From positions 7,791 to 71,790 of the forward strand of contig CAYVYK010000002.1 in the NCBI GenBank assembly GCA_964455675.1: a DNA stretch of 64,000 bases. The letters are read 5' to 3'. The stretch comes from an uncultured Methanosarcinales archaeon (GTDB lineage Archaea; Nanobdellota; Nanobdellia; Woesearchaeales; CAYVYK01). Of the stretch, positions 37,904 to 47,384 are shown in pieces. Every line of letters begins with the position of its first letter. The first letter of the stretch is position 1. Under the pieces are notes generated by a model. The model did no database searches. It was not told the origin of the DNA and saw nothing but the letters and a program-made list of their open reading frames with translations. The translations under genes and the position numbers were made by a program.

Positions 37904-38606
37904 CTGTTACCTTCTTGCCGGTTTTTTGCTCGAGGAATGCCTTGACGACATCCGTGAGTCCGGTTGTGTGTGAATTTCGTTCGATGGTGGTTATCGCTTC
38001 TACCGCAATGAGCTCCATCCGTGGTTCGCCCATGATCCATATGAGGCCATTCTGTCCAACGACAACATTGCATCCGGTCGCGTGTTTGATCATGCTGATC
38101 ATACTGCCCTGCTTACCGATGATTCTTGGGACTTTCAGCGGATTGACACCAAAGACGCGTCCTCCCTCCAATTTCTTTAGGCCTGGGCCCTTGAGAGAGA
38201 GATCAATCAGCCTCTTTGCCGAGATGTTGCTCACTTTTGCGACGATCATGTCACCCACTTCAAAATACTGTGACAAGTCCGCGCCGCGATTGATAAAGTC
38301 GCTTGTGGCGTCCTTTATTGTCAGCACTGCGGTGTATGCGCAGTTGATGTCGACACGCCATCCCGCAATAAATATTTCCTCAACCCGGCCAATGACGGTG
38401 TCTCCTCTCTTGGGATGGTAGTATCCTCTGATGGGAATAAGTTTTATTACCTTACCCTCAATCTGTACGATACCGACCCGATCCGCGCGGATCGAGTCTC
38501 CGTCCCTGTACGTTCCAAAACTTGGCAGATAGTCCATGCCTTCCGCGATGACTTCACCGGGTACGACAATTGACTTCTGCTGGAATAACAACTTACTTTC
38601 TGTCAT
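37875..38606 (-). CDS. rrp4: Exosome complex component Rrp4 (S1 + KH domains)
   Basis: N-terminal domain, S1 fold segment, C-terminal KH GxxG (IIGKQGSMISMIKHATG). Confidence 0.85.
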   Translation of the reverse strand: MTESKLLFQQKSIVVPGEVIAEGMDYLPSFGTYRDGDSIRADRVGIVQIEGKVIKLIPIRGYYHPKRGDTVIGRVEEIFIAGWRVDINCAYTAVLTIKDATSDFINRGADLSQYFEVGDMIVAKVSNISAKRLIDLSLKGPGLKKLEGGRVFGVNPLKVPRIIGKQGSMISMIKHATGCNVVVGQNGLIWIMGEPRMELIAVEAITTIERNSHTTGLTDVVKAFLEQKTGKKVTGEHDERSDI

Positions 38607-38617
38607 GATATCTCCTC

Positions 38618-39340
38618 CTAAGACTCTTTAAGTATGCGTGTTGTGTTGTTGCCATGAGTGATTTGGTTCAAGAGGTCATAAAATTCTTCTTCCATTCCTC
38701 CTGGAAGTTCGATGACTCCATACCATGCACCACTGCTCTCCCATTGGCTCTTGATGAGCTTTCCGAAGCGCTTCGCATGCGGATAAAATGCGGACGCGTA
38801 TTTCTGTGGTACGCGCACTTCAACTTCCTTTACCTCGAAACGTATCGGGAGTATGGGGAGCAGTTTCTTAAGGATTTCCTGGACTTGCTCCTCAACGGGT
38901 TTACTTGGGTGGATATGCACCTTTGCTTCTTCCATGGCGCGTTCTATTCGGTCAGGCGGATGCGGTAGTTTTGTTGCTGGATCAACTCCATTCCTATGAA
39001 TGATGTTGATGATTTGTTTCTGCTTCTGCATGAGCTGTTTCTTCCGGTGTTCCGCTGTAAGCTGTATCTCGCCCTTGTGAAGAATGACGTCCGCGATAGT
39101 AAAGACATCCGTCGTACCAAACGCTTTTTGAAGGTTTGCCTCGGATGCTCGCATGCCTCGATGGGTGTCCTCAAAGATGTGCTCTGCCTGAAGAACCTCT
39201 GCCAGTTCAACACTTCTTCCCTCAAGGTAATCGGCTGCTTTATCAGCGTCGATTGGTACCTCAAAGTTCACCCCTTCGCGCTTGAGTTTCGCGAGGTTGA
39301 TATGCAGCTTCTCATGATCAAAAGTGAATGTTTTTCCCAT
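38618..39340 (-). CDS. sdo1: Ribosome maturation protein SBDS/Sdo1
   Basis: FYSH-domain-like N-terminus ([19 protein letters not shown]...EVPID) and conserved position in the exosome superoperon. Confidence 0.8.
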   Translation of the reverse strand: MGKTFTFDHEKLHINLAKLKREGVNFEVPIDADKAADYLEGRSVELAEVLQAEHIFEDTHRGMRASEANLQKAFGTTDVFTIADVILHKGEIQLTAEHRKKQLMQKQKQIINIIHRNGVDPATKLPHPPDRIERAMEEAKVHIHPSKPVEEQVQEILKKLLPILPIRFEVKEVEVRVPQKYASAFYPHAKRFGKLIKSQWESSGAWYGVIELPGGMEEEFYDLLNQITHGNNTTRILKES

Positions 39341-39341
39341 C

Positions 39342-40067
39342 TTACTTGCCCTTCTTGTTCACTTTCTCGATATCGTCTGCTGCAAACCTTGTGAACTTCA
39401 TCTCGTCTGATTTGATATAAGCCGCGTCGATTCGTTCGATACTAAAATTCTTGTCGAGTACTTTTTTAAGCGCGCGCATGCAAAGGTCCATGCCTTGCAC
39501 GATTGTCATATTTGGGGAGTACTCCTTGTGGAATATCTCTTCGATTTCCGTTTCGTATTCCCCGATGACGCTTGCGCGGTAACGGAAGTAGATACCCGTT
39601 GGATCCGTCTCGAAGAGCTTTGGCCCGTCAAGATCAACTCCTGCGATGAGGAGAGAGACTCCAAAGGGTCGCAGGCCTCCTGACTGTGTGCAGAGTTGTT
39701 TAAGGTCTGAAAGATCCTTGACGATTTCAATGACATCAATATTGGAGTCGTAGGTGACGCGGTGCTGTTGTGCACGCAGCTGAGCTCGTTCGATAAGGAC
39801 GCGAGCATCGCTCAGGATTCCTGCAGCAGTTGCTCCGATGTGGGAGTCAACTTGCCATAATTTTTCCACGCTCTCTGGGACGATGAGTTTGTCCACGATA
39901 CGCTTATCGGTCACGAGGATTACACCGTCCTTGCAAACCATTCCGATTGCAGTGGATCCCTGCTTCACGGTCTTTTTTGCGTACTCGACTTGTAAAAGTC
40001 TTCCGTCTGGGCTGAACATGGTAATGGCACGATCATATCCCATTAACTGATGTGGCATTGGTTGCAT
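39342..40067 (-). CDS. psmA: Proteasome subunit alpha
   Basis: [22 protein letters not shown]-terminal signature; start taken at [13 protein letters not shown], not the upstream extension. Confidence 0.9.
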   Translation of the reverse strand: MQPMPHQLMGYDRAITMFSPDGRLLQVEYAKKTVKQGSTAIGMVCKDGVILVTDKRIVDKLIVPESVEKLWQVDSHIGATAAGILSDARVLIERAQLRAQQHRVTYDSNIDVIEIVKDLSDLKQLCTQSGGLRPFGVSLLIAGVDLDGPKLFETDPTGIYFRYRASVIGEYETEIEEIFHKEYSPNMTIVQGMDLCMRALKKVLDKNFSIERIDAAYIKSDEMKFTRFAADDIEKVNKKGK

Positions 40068-40086
40068 GCTTTCACCTTCGTCTTGC

Positions 40087-40428
40087 TTAGCTGACATGGG
40101 GCGACACCTTCCGCAGGATACCGCTGACGCCAAGACTTCTCACGATAACCTGCTGATTTTCTATTGTATCCGTAAGGCAGAACGTAGCCTTCAGCGCGTC
40201 AACATACCGATTGTTGATGCGAATGATGCCTCGCTGCTTCCGCGGATTGAATTTCTCATCAATGAACATGTATCCGGCGCGGCCTGCGCCGCTTGTACCA
40301 AGGAAAGAGTAGAACGATCGCGCAAGCGCGCCGATTGCTTGGTGTTGGCTTATTGGATTATCTGATAGGATTTCAAAAGCAACATAGCGCTTTTTCTCAC
40401 GCATACTGGGTGTCAATGACTTTTTCAT
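40087..40428 (-). CDS. rnp2: RNase P protein component Pop5 (Rpp14)
   Basis: REKKRYVAFEI and LGVSGILRKV motifs; first gene of the exosome superoperon; start taken at MKKSL. Confidence 0.75.
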   Translation of the reverse strand: MKKSLTPSMREKKRYVAFEILSDNPISQHQAIGALARSFYSFLGTSGAGRAGYMFIDEKFNPRKQRGIIRINNRYVDALKATFCLTDTIENQQVIVRSLGVSGILRKVSPHVS

Positions 40429-40455
40429 GATCGATGGAGAAGGCGTCCTTTTCAT

Positions 40456-40706
40456 TCACCTTAGCTTCTCTCGTTATCGTCAAGGGGAGAGAGGCAACTT
40501 TATAAACGTTGTGTTTCGATCCCTGGATGTATGATAGGTATATTAGTATAGTCATTAGTATATTAGTAGTGCTATATTATTAATTAGTATATAAATATAT
40601 ACTTAAGTATATCTATATTATTATATGTATACTAGTATGGTAAATAAGTCCCAACCAGATCATCACCGATACTGTGGTGTTGAATCAAACGTAAGACCTG
40701 GTGGTA
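40456..40706. promoter_or_regulatory. AT-rich promoter region of the exosome superoperon with reiterated TAGTATA(T) / TATATTAGTA units
   Basis: Seen directly: gtatattagtatagtcattagtatattagtagtgctatattattaattagtatataaatat. Confidence 0.3.
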
Positions 40707-41435
40707 TTATTGAGCTCGAGTGTTTAGTCTCGACTGAGTCGCGATCATTATGATAATAGAGGGAGCGATCGTAATCATGAGAATAAACACAAGCCAGGAA
40801 GGCAGTTCTATGATCGGCTGCACAGCAAGCGCGTAGGTCCAGAAGAATGTTCCAAGAAAGATAAGGAAAACTAGGACAATGCCGAGAAAAACGAGACTTC
40901 CGTATTGGATGAACAGCCGCGATCCTCGTGTGTCAATCTGGCTGGCAACAAATAGCGTCATTGCCACCGTGACAAGAAAAGGCGTGAGCGCAATCGAGGG
41001 AAGAATGAATATCCTGCGGGGCATCATGCCGGTAGTCAGACTTATTTCCTTTGATGATTTCCACATCCAATAAAACCAATAGACTCCAAACGTAATGATT
41101 GTGAGAATCACCATGAGGGCGACATTTCTGTGCTTTACTTGGTAGTAGAAGTTTCGGTCAGATGCTGGGGCCACTTTTTCTGGTTGTATGACATACTTCA
41201 TGTCTGAATCCGAGGAAGGTTCAGCTGAAGTCTCTTCAGGTTCGGCGGTTTCTTCCTTATCCTCCTGCACGGGTGCCTCTGGTGTCTCTTTTCTTAGAAT
41301 TCCGAGGCCTTCAAAAGCTTCCGTTATTGCCGTAGGTGAGTATCCATACTTCTGTAAGTACTCCCTCATCTCATTTGGAGAATATCCCTTATCCTTGTTC
41401 CGAGTAATCCAATCTACAAGCCCCTTATCGACCAC
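40707..41435 (-). CDS. Membrane protein with N-terminal cytoplasmic helical domain and acidic linker
   Basis: 242 aa; N-terminal ~50-aa soluble helical domain, Glu-rich linker, 4 TM. Confidence 0.45.
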   Translation of the reverse strand: MVDKGLVDWITRNKDKGYSPNEMREYLQKYGYSPTAITEAFEGLGILRKETPEAPVQEDKEETAEPEETSAEPSSDSDMKYVIQPEKVAPASDRNFYYQVKHRNVALMVILTIITFGVYWFYWMWKSSKEISLTTGMMPRRIFILPSIALTPFLVTVAMTLFVASQIDTRGSRLFIQYGSLVFLGIVLVFLIFLGTFFWTYALAVQPIIELPSWLVFILMITIAPSIIIMIATQSRLNTRAQ

Positions 41436-41535
41436 AAGGGGAAATATCCGGTCAACCTATTTTATACTTTTAGAGTAACATAAGAGTAACAACAGACCGC
41501 AGTCTAACATGCACGAGTACGAATGGAGGAAAAGG

Positions 41536-42405
41536 TCATGCTAACGTAATCAAAATAACTCCACCGACCATGAGCAGTGCTCCTATCCAGCGTTGCACTC
41601 CGAACTTCTCTCGGAAGATGAGTAAGCCCCAGAAAACCGCGAAGAGGGCAGCGAGCCTCTTGATCGCAATAACATATACTACAAGCATGAGCGTGAGTGC
41701 AGTATATTGTGCGAGAAGCCCGACAGCGGTGACGATCCCAATCAGAAGGAGCGGCTTCCAGTTCAGGGTAAACGCGTGTCGTGCAGAAGGTTTGAACATA
41801 ACAGGAAGGAGTACGAGTGTGACTCCAGCGTTGAACACGACTGCCCAGAACCATACCGATGAATGAGTTATTGCGATCTTGTCGAGATTTGATCCTATGC
41901 TGAATAGGAAAGCGACGATTAGCATGTACCGAGATCCCTTTTCCCTCACGATTGACAAGAGTGGATCGAGGAGGTTTTGATGATTTCCTGCCTGCGCGCC
42001 CTTTGTATGTGTGATATACGCTCCAATCACGATGAGGAGTACACCAAGTATCCCGACAAATGAAGGGTATTCAGAGACGAGCAATGGTGATAAGATCAGC
42101 ATGAAGAGTGGTGTGAACGTGATTAATGGCCCAACTTTTGAGAGGTCTGAATGCTTGAGTGCCTGAAGATAAAGAATGGAAGCAAAAGCATTCACGATAA
42201 CTGCGCCAACAAAAGCCAACCAGAATGTTCCATCAGTTTGTGGAATAGGGAATAGGAAAAGCAGTGGAAGGAGGAGGATGAATGTGAAGAACCTGAATGC
42301 CCACGCAATTGTAAAGGCGTCTAGGTGTTGTGTTTGTTTTTTTGAGAGTACTGCCCGCAGTGACTCAAGCACCGCAGTGAGGAATGCGAGAAAAAATCCA
42401 AGCAT
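41536..42405 (-). CDS. EamA/DMT-family transporter
   Basis: 10 TM helices in two repeated halves, 289 aa. Confidence 0.6.
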   Translation of the reverse strand: MLGFFLAFLTAVLESLRAVLSKKQTQHLDAFTIAWAFRFFTFILLLPLLFLFPIPQTDGTFWLAFVGAVIVNAFASILYLQALKHSDLSKVGPLITFTPLFMLILSPLLVSEYPSFVGILGVLLIVIGAYITHTKGAQAGNHQNLLDPLLSIVREKGSRYMLIVAFLFSIGSNLDKIAITHSSVWFWAVVFNAGVTLVLLPVMFKPSARHAFTLNWKPLLLIGIVTAVGLLAQYTALTLMLVVYVIAIKRLAALFAVFWGLLIFREKFGVQRWIGALLMVGGVILITLA

Positions 42406-42472
42406 AAAAAATCAAGAAGAAGAGGAATATAAAAAAATATGTAAAAATCCCGCAAAGCGGGATGTAACGCTC

Positions 42473-43690
42473 CTAGATCAGGTCCTGGAACGATGGGGGT
42501 CGGTTCACGTCCTGGACATTGATGGTGACATCTGCTGTTGATGATGTCTTGCCATCGGACGCAGTTATGGTCACTACATGTGTTCCCTGGTCGCTGAATC
42601 CGGTTTGCTTCGTGCTTGTCGTCATCCATCCGGAGTACGTAACAGTGACGGGATCGCCGTCAGCGTCTTGCACAACAGGTGTGAGTACAACAAGGTCGTT
42701 CTCGCGCACATTGATCGGACTTTGAATCTGGATCGTAGGTGCGGAGTTCTGCTGTTCAACCGTGAGGTTAAACCGGACGCTGGTCTCAAGGAATCCGTCA
42801 CTTGCGGTAACGGTAATCATTTTGACTCCAACATCCTCCTCTTCAGGTCTCCATGACCCCGATTCGTCAAGTGGTTCGCTAAACTTGTAGGATATGACAT
42901 CCCCATCAGGATCGCTTCCTTGCGGTTTCACGGTAACTTTCTGTCCTGCTTTGATGGTCACTGCGTCAATCGGACTTATGACTGGTGCGCGGTTGACGTT
43001 CAATATTTTAAGTGTGACTGTTCTCTGCGTCGCACTCTTGCCATCGTCTGCAGTGATCGTTACCTGGTAGGTTCCAGCGTCATCATATGTCGTCAGTTTG
43101 GAGTTGCCGGTCATCCATCCACTATAGCTGATCTGTACCTGATCTCCATCATTATCAGTGACTGACGGATTGAGTTCGATCTTATCACCCTCGCGGAATG
43201 TAAGTTCCCCAAGGTCTTTTATGATCGGTGGCGCATTTCGCGGCTCAACGATAATGAGTACGTCCTGGCTGACGATGCTCTTTCCATCCGATGCGGATAT
43301 CTTGATCTTGTACTGGCCGGCATCGCCGATCTTTGTCTGCCATGTTCCATCCGCTGCGAGCGGCGAACTGAATGTGTATGTCACGGGATCCCCGTCAGGG
43401 TCGGTGACCCGTAGATTCGGGAAACTCACAACGTCTCCCTCGCGTACCTTAAGTATAGGTACCTCATTGACATTGACGCCTTCACTTGGTTCAGACGTTT
43501 CTGTTGGTGGTGGCGTTATCGTCACCAGGGGTGTCTCTTCTGGAGTCTCGATGCCTGGCGGCGTACCTATGCCGTTCGGCAGCAAATCCATCCCGCTGAG
43601 ATTCTCCTCAACGACTGGTGGCGTATATGTACAGCCTACCAAGATCAACAAGAAGAATGCACTTATCCACTGTAAATGTGTTAATCTCAT
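42473..43690 (-). CDS. Secreted lipoprotein-like protein with four cadherin/Ig-like repeats
   Basis: Signal plus LVGCTY lipobox-like; four ~95-aa repeats (VTITASDGK...NVNRAP/PP, D-rich). Confidence 0.6.
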   Translation of the reverse strand: MRLTHLQWISAFFLLILVGCTYTPPVVEENLSGMDLLPNGIGTPPGIETPEETPLVTITPPPTETSEPSEGVNVNEVPILKVREGDVVSFPNLRVTDPDGDPVTYTFSSPLAADGTWQTKIGDAGQYKIKISASDGKSIVSQDVLIIVEPRNAPPIIKDLGELTFREGDKIELNPSVTDNDGDQVQISYSGWMTGNSKLTTYDDAGTYQVTITADDGKSATQRTVTLKILNVNRAPVISPIDAVTIKAGQKVTVKPQGSDPDGDVISYKFSEPLDESGSWRPEEEDVGVKMITVTASDGFLETSVRFNLTVEQQNSAPTIQIQSPINVRENDLVVLTPVVQDADGDPVTVTYSGWMTTSTKQTGFSDQGTHVVTITASDGKTSSTADVTINVQDVNRPPSFQDLI

Positions 43691-43844
43691 CTGATATTCA
43701 CCTCAAGTAGCCCAATTGAAACCCGATGCTGTTACTATTCACCAATCTGAATCTTCTATATAAACTTTCTGGTAGTCACTCCGTGTCACAACTTCATGAT
43801 TTATATCTGATACTCTGTGTGTGGGACAAAGGAGTAACAACCTT

Positions 43845-44453
43845 CTACTGTTGAAAATACCGTCGTGCTGCCCATGCACCAAGAAGTATGAGTGCAGCAT
43901 ACCATACTCCTGCACCGATAATGCGAATGAGTGCGTCTTCAAAAAACTGCATGGGATACATCCGGATGATGAGGGAGTTGACGTCAAAGATCCATGTCCC
44001 TGATTTGAAGAACAATTCATGGAATCCATAAAAAAGTCCCGTAAAGAGTGATCCTGCGATGATGACGAGGATGAGTGACAAAGCAAGATGCACTCCCGAA
44101 CCGTAGAGTAATACCGTGACCGCTTCACGAAAGCCGTGCTTTTTCCATTCATACCATACCACGATACTGCAGAGGAGAAGCGCGATCATGGCGGATATCT
44201 CGATACTAAGGATGATCACTCGCACATCACGCATATGCGCCCGTTCTTCATCTGTAAAGGGGACACCATCGATTGTTGATGAGAAACCGGTGAGATAGCG
44301 CGCAACAGATGCGTGATACTCTGTTGGTTCTGGTATCCCAAGGTGTATTCGTTCGTTTTCGTAGAAGCCACTATCAAGAAGTACAGTCATGAGAGCCAGA
44401 CCGCAGACAAGGATTGGAACGGATACCGCGCCTAGAATAATCGTTGCTCGCAT
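43845..44453 (-). CDS. Integral membrane protein (DUF1461-like)
   Basis: 202 aa, 4-5 TM helices. Confidence 0.45.
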   Translation of the reverse strand: MRATIILGAVSVPILVCGLALMTVLLDSGFYENERIHLGIPEPTEYHASVARYLTGFSSTIDGVPFTDEERAHMRDVRVIILSIEISAMIALLLCSIVVWYEWKKHGFREAVTVLLYGSGVHLALSLILVIIAGSLFTGLFYGFHELFFKSGTWIFDVNSLIIRMYPMQFFEDALIRIIGAGVWYAALILLGAWAARRYFQQ

Positions 44454-44460
44454 GGTAGCG

Positions 44461-45078
44461 CTACTTCCTGCGCCTGCGCACCCTCTTCCCGATTCTGACG
44501 ATCTGATCTACGACGCGCAGCCGTGCAAGGATGAGGAGAAGTGCAGCAGCAAGCAAAACGAGAATGAGTACAACAATAGAAGGATGCATTCTCGTGACTG
44601 TTGTGGTGTGAGGAGTTGAAGTCGGTGTAGGTAACTCGGTATCTTCGGGATCATCTAGCAACTCATCTGCAAGTACGAGCTCCATTCCCCTCCAGTACCA
44701 TGTATCTCCATTGATGTCCAGATAGTTGTCTCCACAGCCAAGAATGTGGTACCCAAGTATACCTTCCGGCAGCGGAGTGTTTGGATCATCATCGTACCTG
44801 ATGTATGTCTGCTGGTCTATTCCAAGGAGAAATTCTGCGATAATGATATCAGGAATCCCAGGACCATTTATAGTCTGGATTGGGTGGTATTCTGCTCCGT
44901 TTGGGGTGAAAACCACGCGGTTGAATGTGAGGTTATGCGTCCTGCAATCTACTTCCATTTGCTTTGATAAAAGCCGAATGAATTCCTCGCTTTTCTGTGC
45001 TTCCACATCTGCTGAAAGTATACAGGCAAGGATCAAGCAACCAATGATGACAGTAATGTGCATGATGCGGTTATTCAT
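44461..45078 (-). CDS. Secreted protein with Thr/Pro linker, C-terminal TM anchor and poly-basic tail
   Basis: Signal peptide; TELPTPTSTPHTTT linker; C-terminal TM; ends KRVRRRRK. Confidence 0.5.
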   Translation of the reverse strand: MNNRIMHITVIIGCLILACILSADVEAQKSEEFIRLLSKQMEVDCRTHNLTFNRVVFTPNGAEYHPIQTINGPGIPDIIIAEFLLGIDQQTYIRYDDDPNTPLPEGILGYHILGCGDNYLDINGDTWYWRGMELVLADELLDDPEDTELPTPTSTPHTTTVTRMHPSIVVLILVLLAAALLLILARLRVVDQIVRIGKRVRRRRK

Positions 45079-45360
45079 TATGAAGCTGCGGAGTGGAGGT
45101 CCTATTTATTATTAATGCATCCAGCTTGCGAGGATACATGAAAAACTCGAATCAGAGCATGAACAGTATTCGCTGATGTACTTCAATAATGCCACGATGT
45201 TGACCTTTCAATAGACTAGGTAATTAAATTACGTAAAAGATACATGCATTATCGACGATTGGAAGGCGCTGATGTGAATTGTACGTCTGGTCAGTAGTCT
45301 GGTCTGTATACAGTAATCTAGTCTGTATAGAATGCTTTTTTAATAACCTCATCATTTAGT

Positions 45361-46074
45361 GTGTTTATGGGTAGATTTGTGTGTAAGCATATGGGATCCT
45401 GCTGTGAGAATCCTGCAGCTCCCGTCAATGTGACCGCGGCGGATCTTGTTCGTATTGCTGACTATCTTCAAGCCTCTGTTCTGGAGCTATTTGGCACCGG
45501 ATGGTGTATGATTCCTTTTGGGATTCCCGAGAAACGCTTCTCGTACACTGTCGAGCCAGGTCTTGAGACTCCCTGCCAGTTTCATAAGGAGGGAAGATGT
45601 AGAGTCTATCCTGTGCGTCCGCTGAATTGTCGTATGTTTCCGTACTGGATCCTTGCAGTGATTCCAAAAGAGGGGAGGGAACACTTTGTGAAGGAAGACC
45701 TTTGCTGCGCTGCAAACCATTTCCCTTCCGTGAAAGAGAGAAAGAAGATCAGAGCATACGTGAACGCCATGGGCAAGGTATTAATGGAGGAATCACGTGT
45801 GACGGACGAGGTGTTGAAGAATCTCAATCTTAGCCGCACACTTGATGTGAAAAGTGAATCAACAGAGTTCTTCAATGATTTTCTCGCGGTGACTTATTCT
45901 GGAAAAAATCTCCGCAGAATGCAAGCTGAGCATCAGATAGCGTTCGCGAAGACTCTGATTAAACAGGAGGAGTATATCCCGTTCGTGAAATATGTCGTTG
46001 AGCATCACCAAGAAATTCGCGAAAAATCTGCAACAGCTGATTCTCTTATCGCTATTGAGAAGATGCTTGACTGA
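45361..46074 (+). CDS. YkgJ/UPF0153-family Fe-S/zinc cluster protein
   Basis: Cys motifs CKHMGSCC and CQFHKEGRCRVYPVRPLNCRMFP. Confidence 0.5.
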   Translation: MFMGRFVCKHMGSCCENPAAPVNVTAADLVRIADYLQASVLELFGTGWCMIPFGIPEKRFSYTVEPGLETPCQFHKEGRCRVYPVRPLNCRMFPYWILAVIPKEGREHFVKEDLCCAANHFPSVKERKKIRAYVNAMGKVLMEESRVTDEVLKNLNLSRTLDVKSESTEFFNDFLAVTYSGKNLRRMQAEHQIAFAKTLIKQEEYIPFVKYVVEHHQEIREKSATADSLIAIEKMLD

Positions 46075-46363
46075 ATCACTATGAAAAATGATATGATGGA
46101 AAATGGCATGATTAACACAGAAGAATAAACATGCTATATGTAAGGTGTTATCTGCTTCCCAATCCTTTTTTTGCATCCTTCCATCTGCAGTTCAATAAAA
46201 AAAAAGAAGAAAGCCCCCAACTGTTGTACCACAAGGCTCTCCTTCCCGAGAATAGCCTTTGTTTGCTTACCTTCTTTCTCGATTTTACCGTATATAAATC
46301 TTTCCGTCGGTGGTAGTGAAATAAGTATACTGGAATAGGGGAACACATTCTGTCAAGGGCATC

Positions 46364-47224
46364 CTAGCCAGTATCAGAATCTTGTTTTTCCGATAGCTGG
46401 TTTATAAAGGAAAGTACCTGCAACCTGAGGAGCACAAACATCGGCATGAAGAGTATGATGAATGCTGGTGGCATGAGCGCTGCATGGATCATCCCAAGTA
46501 GCATGACCACAAATATGCCGCATGCTGCAATCAAACAGACAAGGAAATAGTTCGTGAATACCTTTAGGGTTCTGAGGACTCCGGTATGGAACACAAGCAT
46601 TGTCGCTTTTGTAATCCGATGCTTGAGTAGGTACGCGTGATGGAGCGGAACAAAGTAGAGAATGCAGAGCATAAGGAAAAAGAAGGTGAAGCTCCAGATC
46701 TCCTTAAAGAATGGTACGTAGAGGACACTCGTGGCATACCCGAACAGTAATCCAACGAGTAGCACAAACCACCCGACATTGACTGCCATGACGCGTCCAA
46801 GGTATGTGATAATCGAGGCTTTTTCCGGATGGCCTCCAAGGAGGTACCATCCAAGTCCTCCAAATATGGACCAGCACACGTACGCGAAGATGAGTAGTAC
46901 AATGAAGAGCAGCGTCGCCTGGTGGAGGTATGCTTCAATCTCAATCTGTGTTGAGGCAAGTTTTGGGATGTAGGACGCACTGACCGATTCCACATTGATA
47001 TAGTTCAGAGCAGGTGCAATCATTTCGTTTGCATTCTTGAGTATTTCAAGGATTGCCGGAACCACGCGTACACCGACTAATCCAATTAGGAAGATGAGCG
47101 CGATGTCCATAAGAAATGATATGAATGCTGCAAGGGGTGCCTTGCGCACAAGGTGCACGTTCTGGACGAGCAATTCCACAACTGAATTGGTTTTATGAGT
47201 TTCCGTCTTTTGAGCCTTTGTCAA
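46364..47224 (-). CDS. Integral membrane protein, function unknown
   Basis: 286 aa, 7-8 TM. Confidence 0.45.
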   Translation of the reverse strand: MTKAQKTETHKTNSVVELLVQNVHLVRKAPLAAFISFLMDIALIFLIGLVGVRVVPAILEILKNANEMIAPALNYINVESVSASYIPKLASTQIEIEAYLHQATLLFIVLLIFAYVCWSIFGGLGWYLLGGHPEKASIITYLGRVMAVNVGWFVLLVGLLFGYATSVLYVPFFKEIWSFTFFFLMLCILYFVPLHHAYLLKHRITKATMLVFHTGVLRTLKVFTNYFLVCLIAACGIFVVMLLGMIHAALMPPAFIILFMPMFVLLRLQVLSFINQLSEKQDSDTG

Positions 47225-47384
47225 TTGATCACCAGACCAGTATTCCAGTATTTTTACACGTAAGTATTGTCAAACGGTCATCAAATCTTTTCATGCCATT
47301 TCTTTTCATGATATTTTTTCACGCTATTTTCATGCTATTTATAGTCAGTTCATGACTTCATGCATACTCATATGCTCATATTGC

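Noticed and set aside
43739-44152. 137-aa ORF overlapping the DUF1461-like membrane gene
   Set aside because: Alternate frame of a better-supported membrane protein gene; Ser/Cys-rich low-complexity translation.
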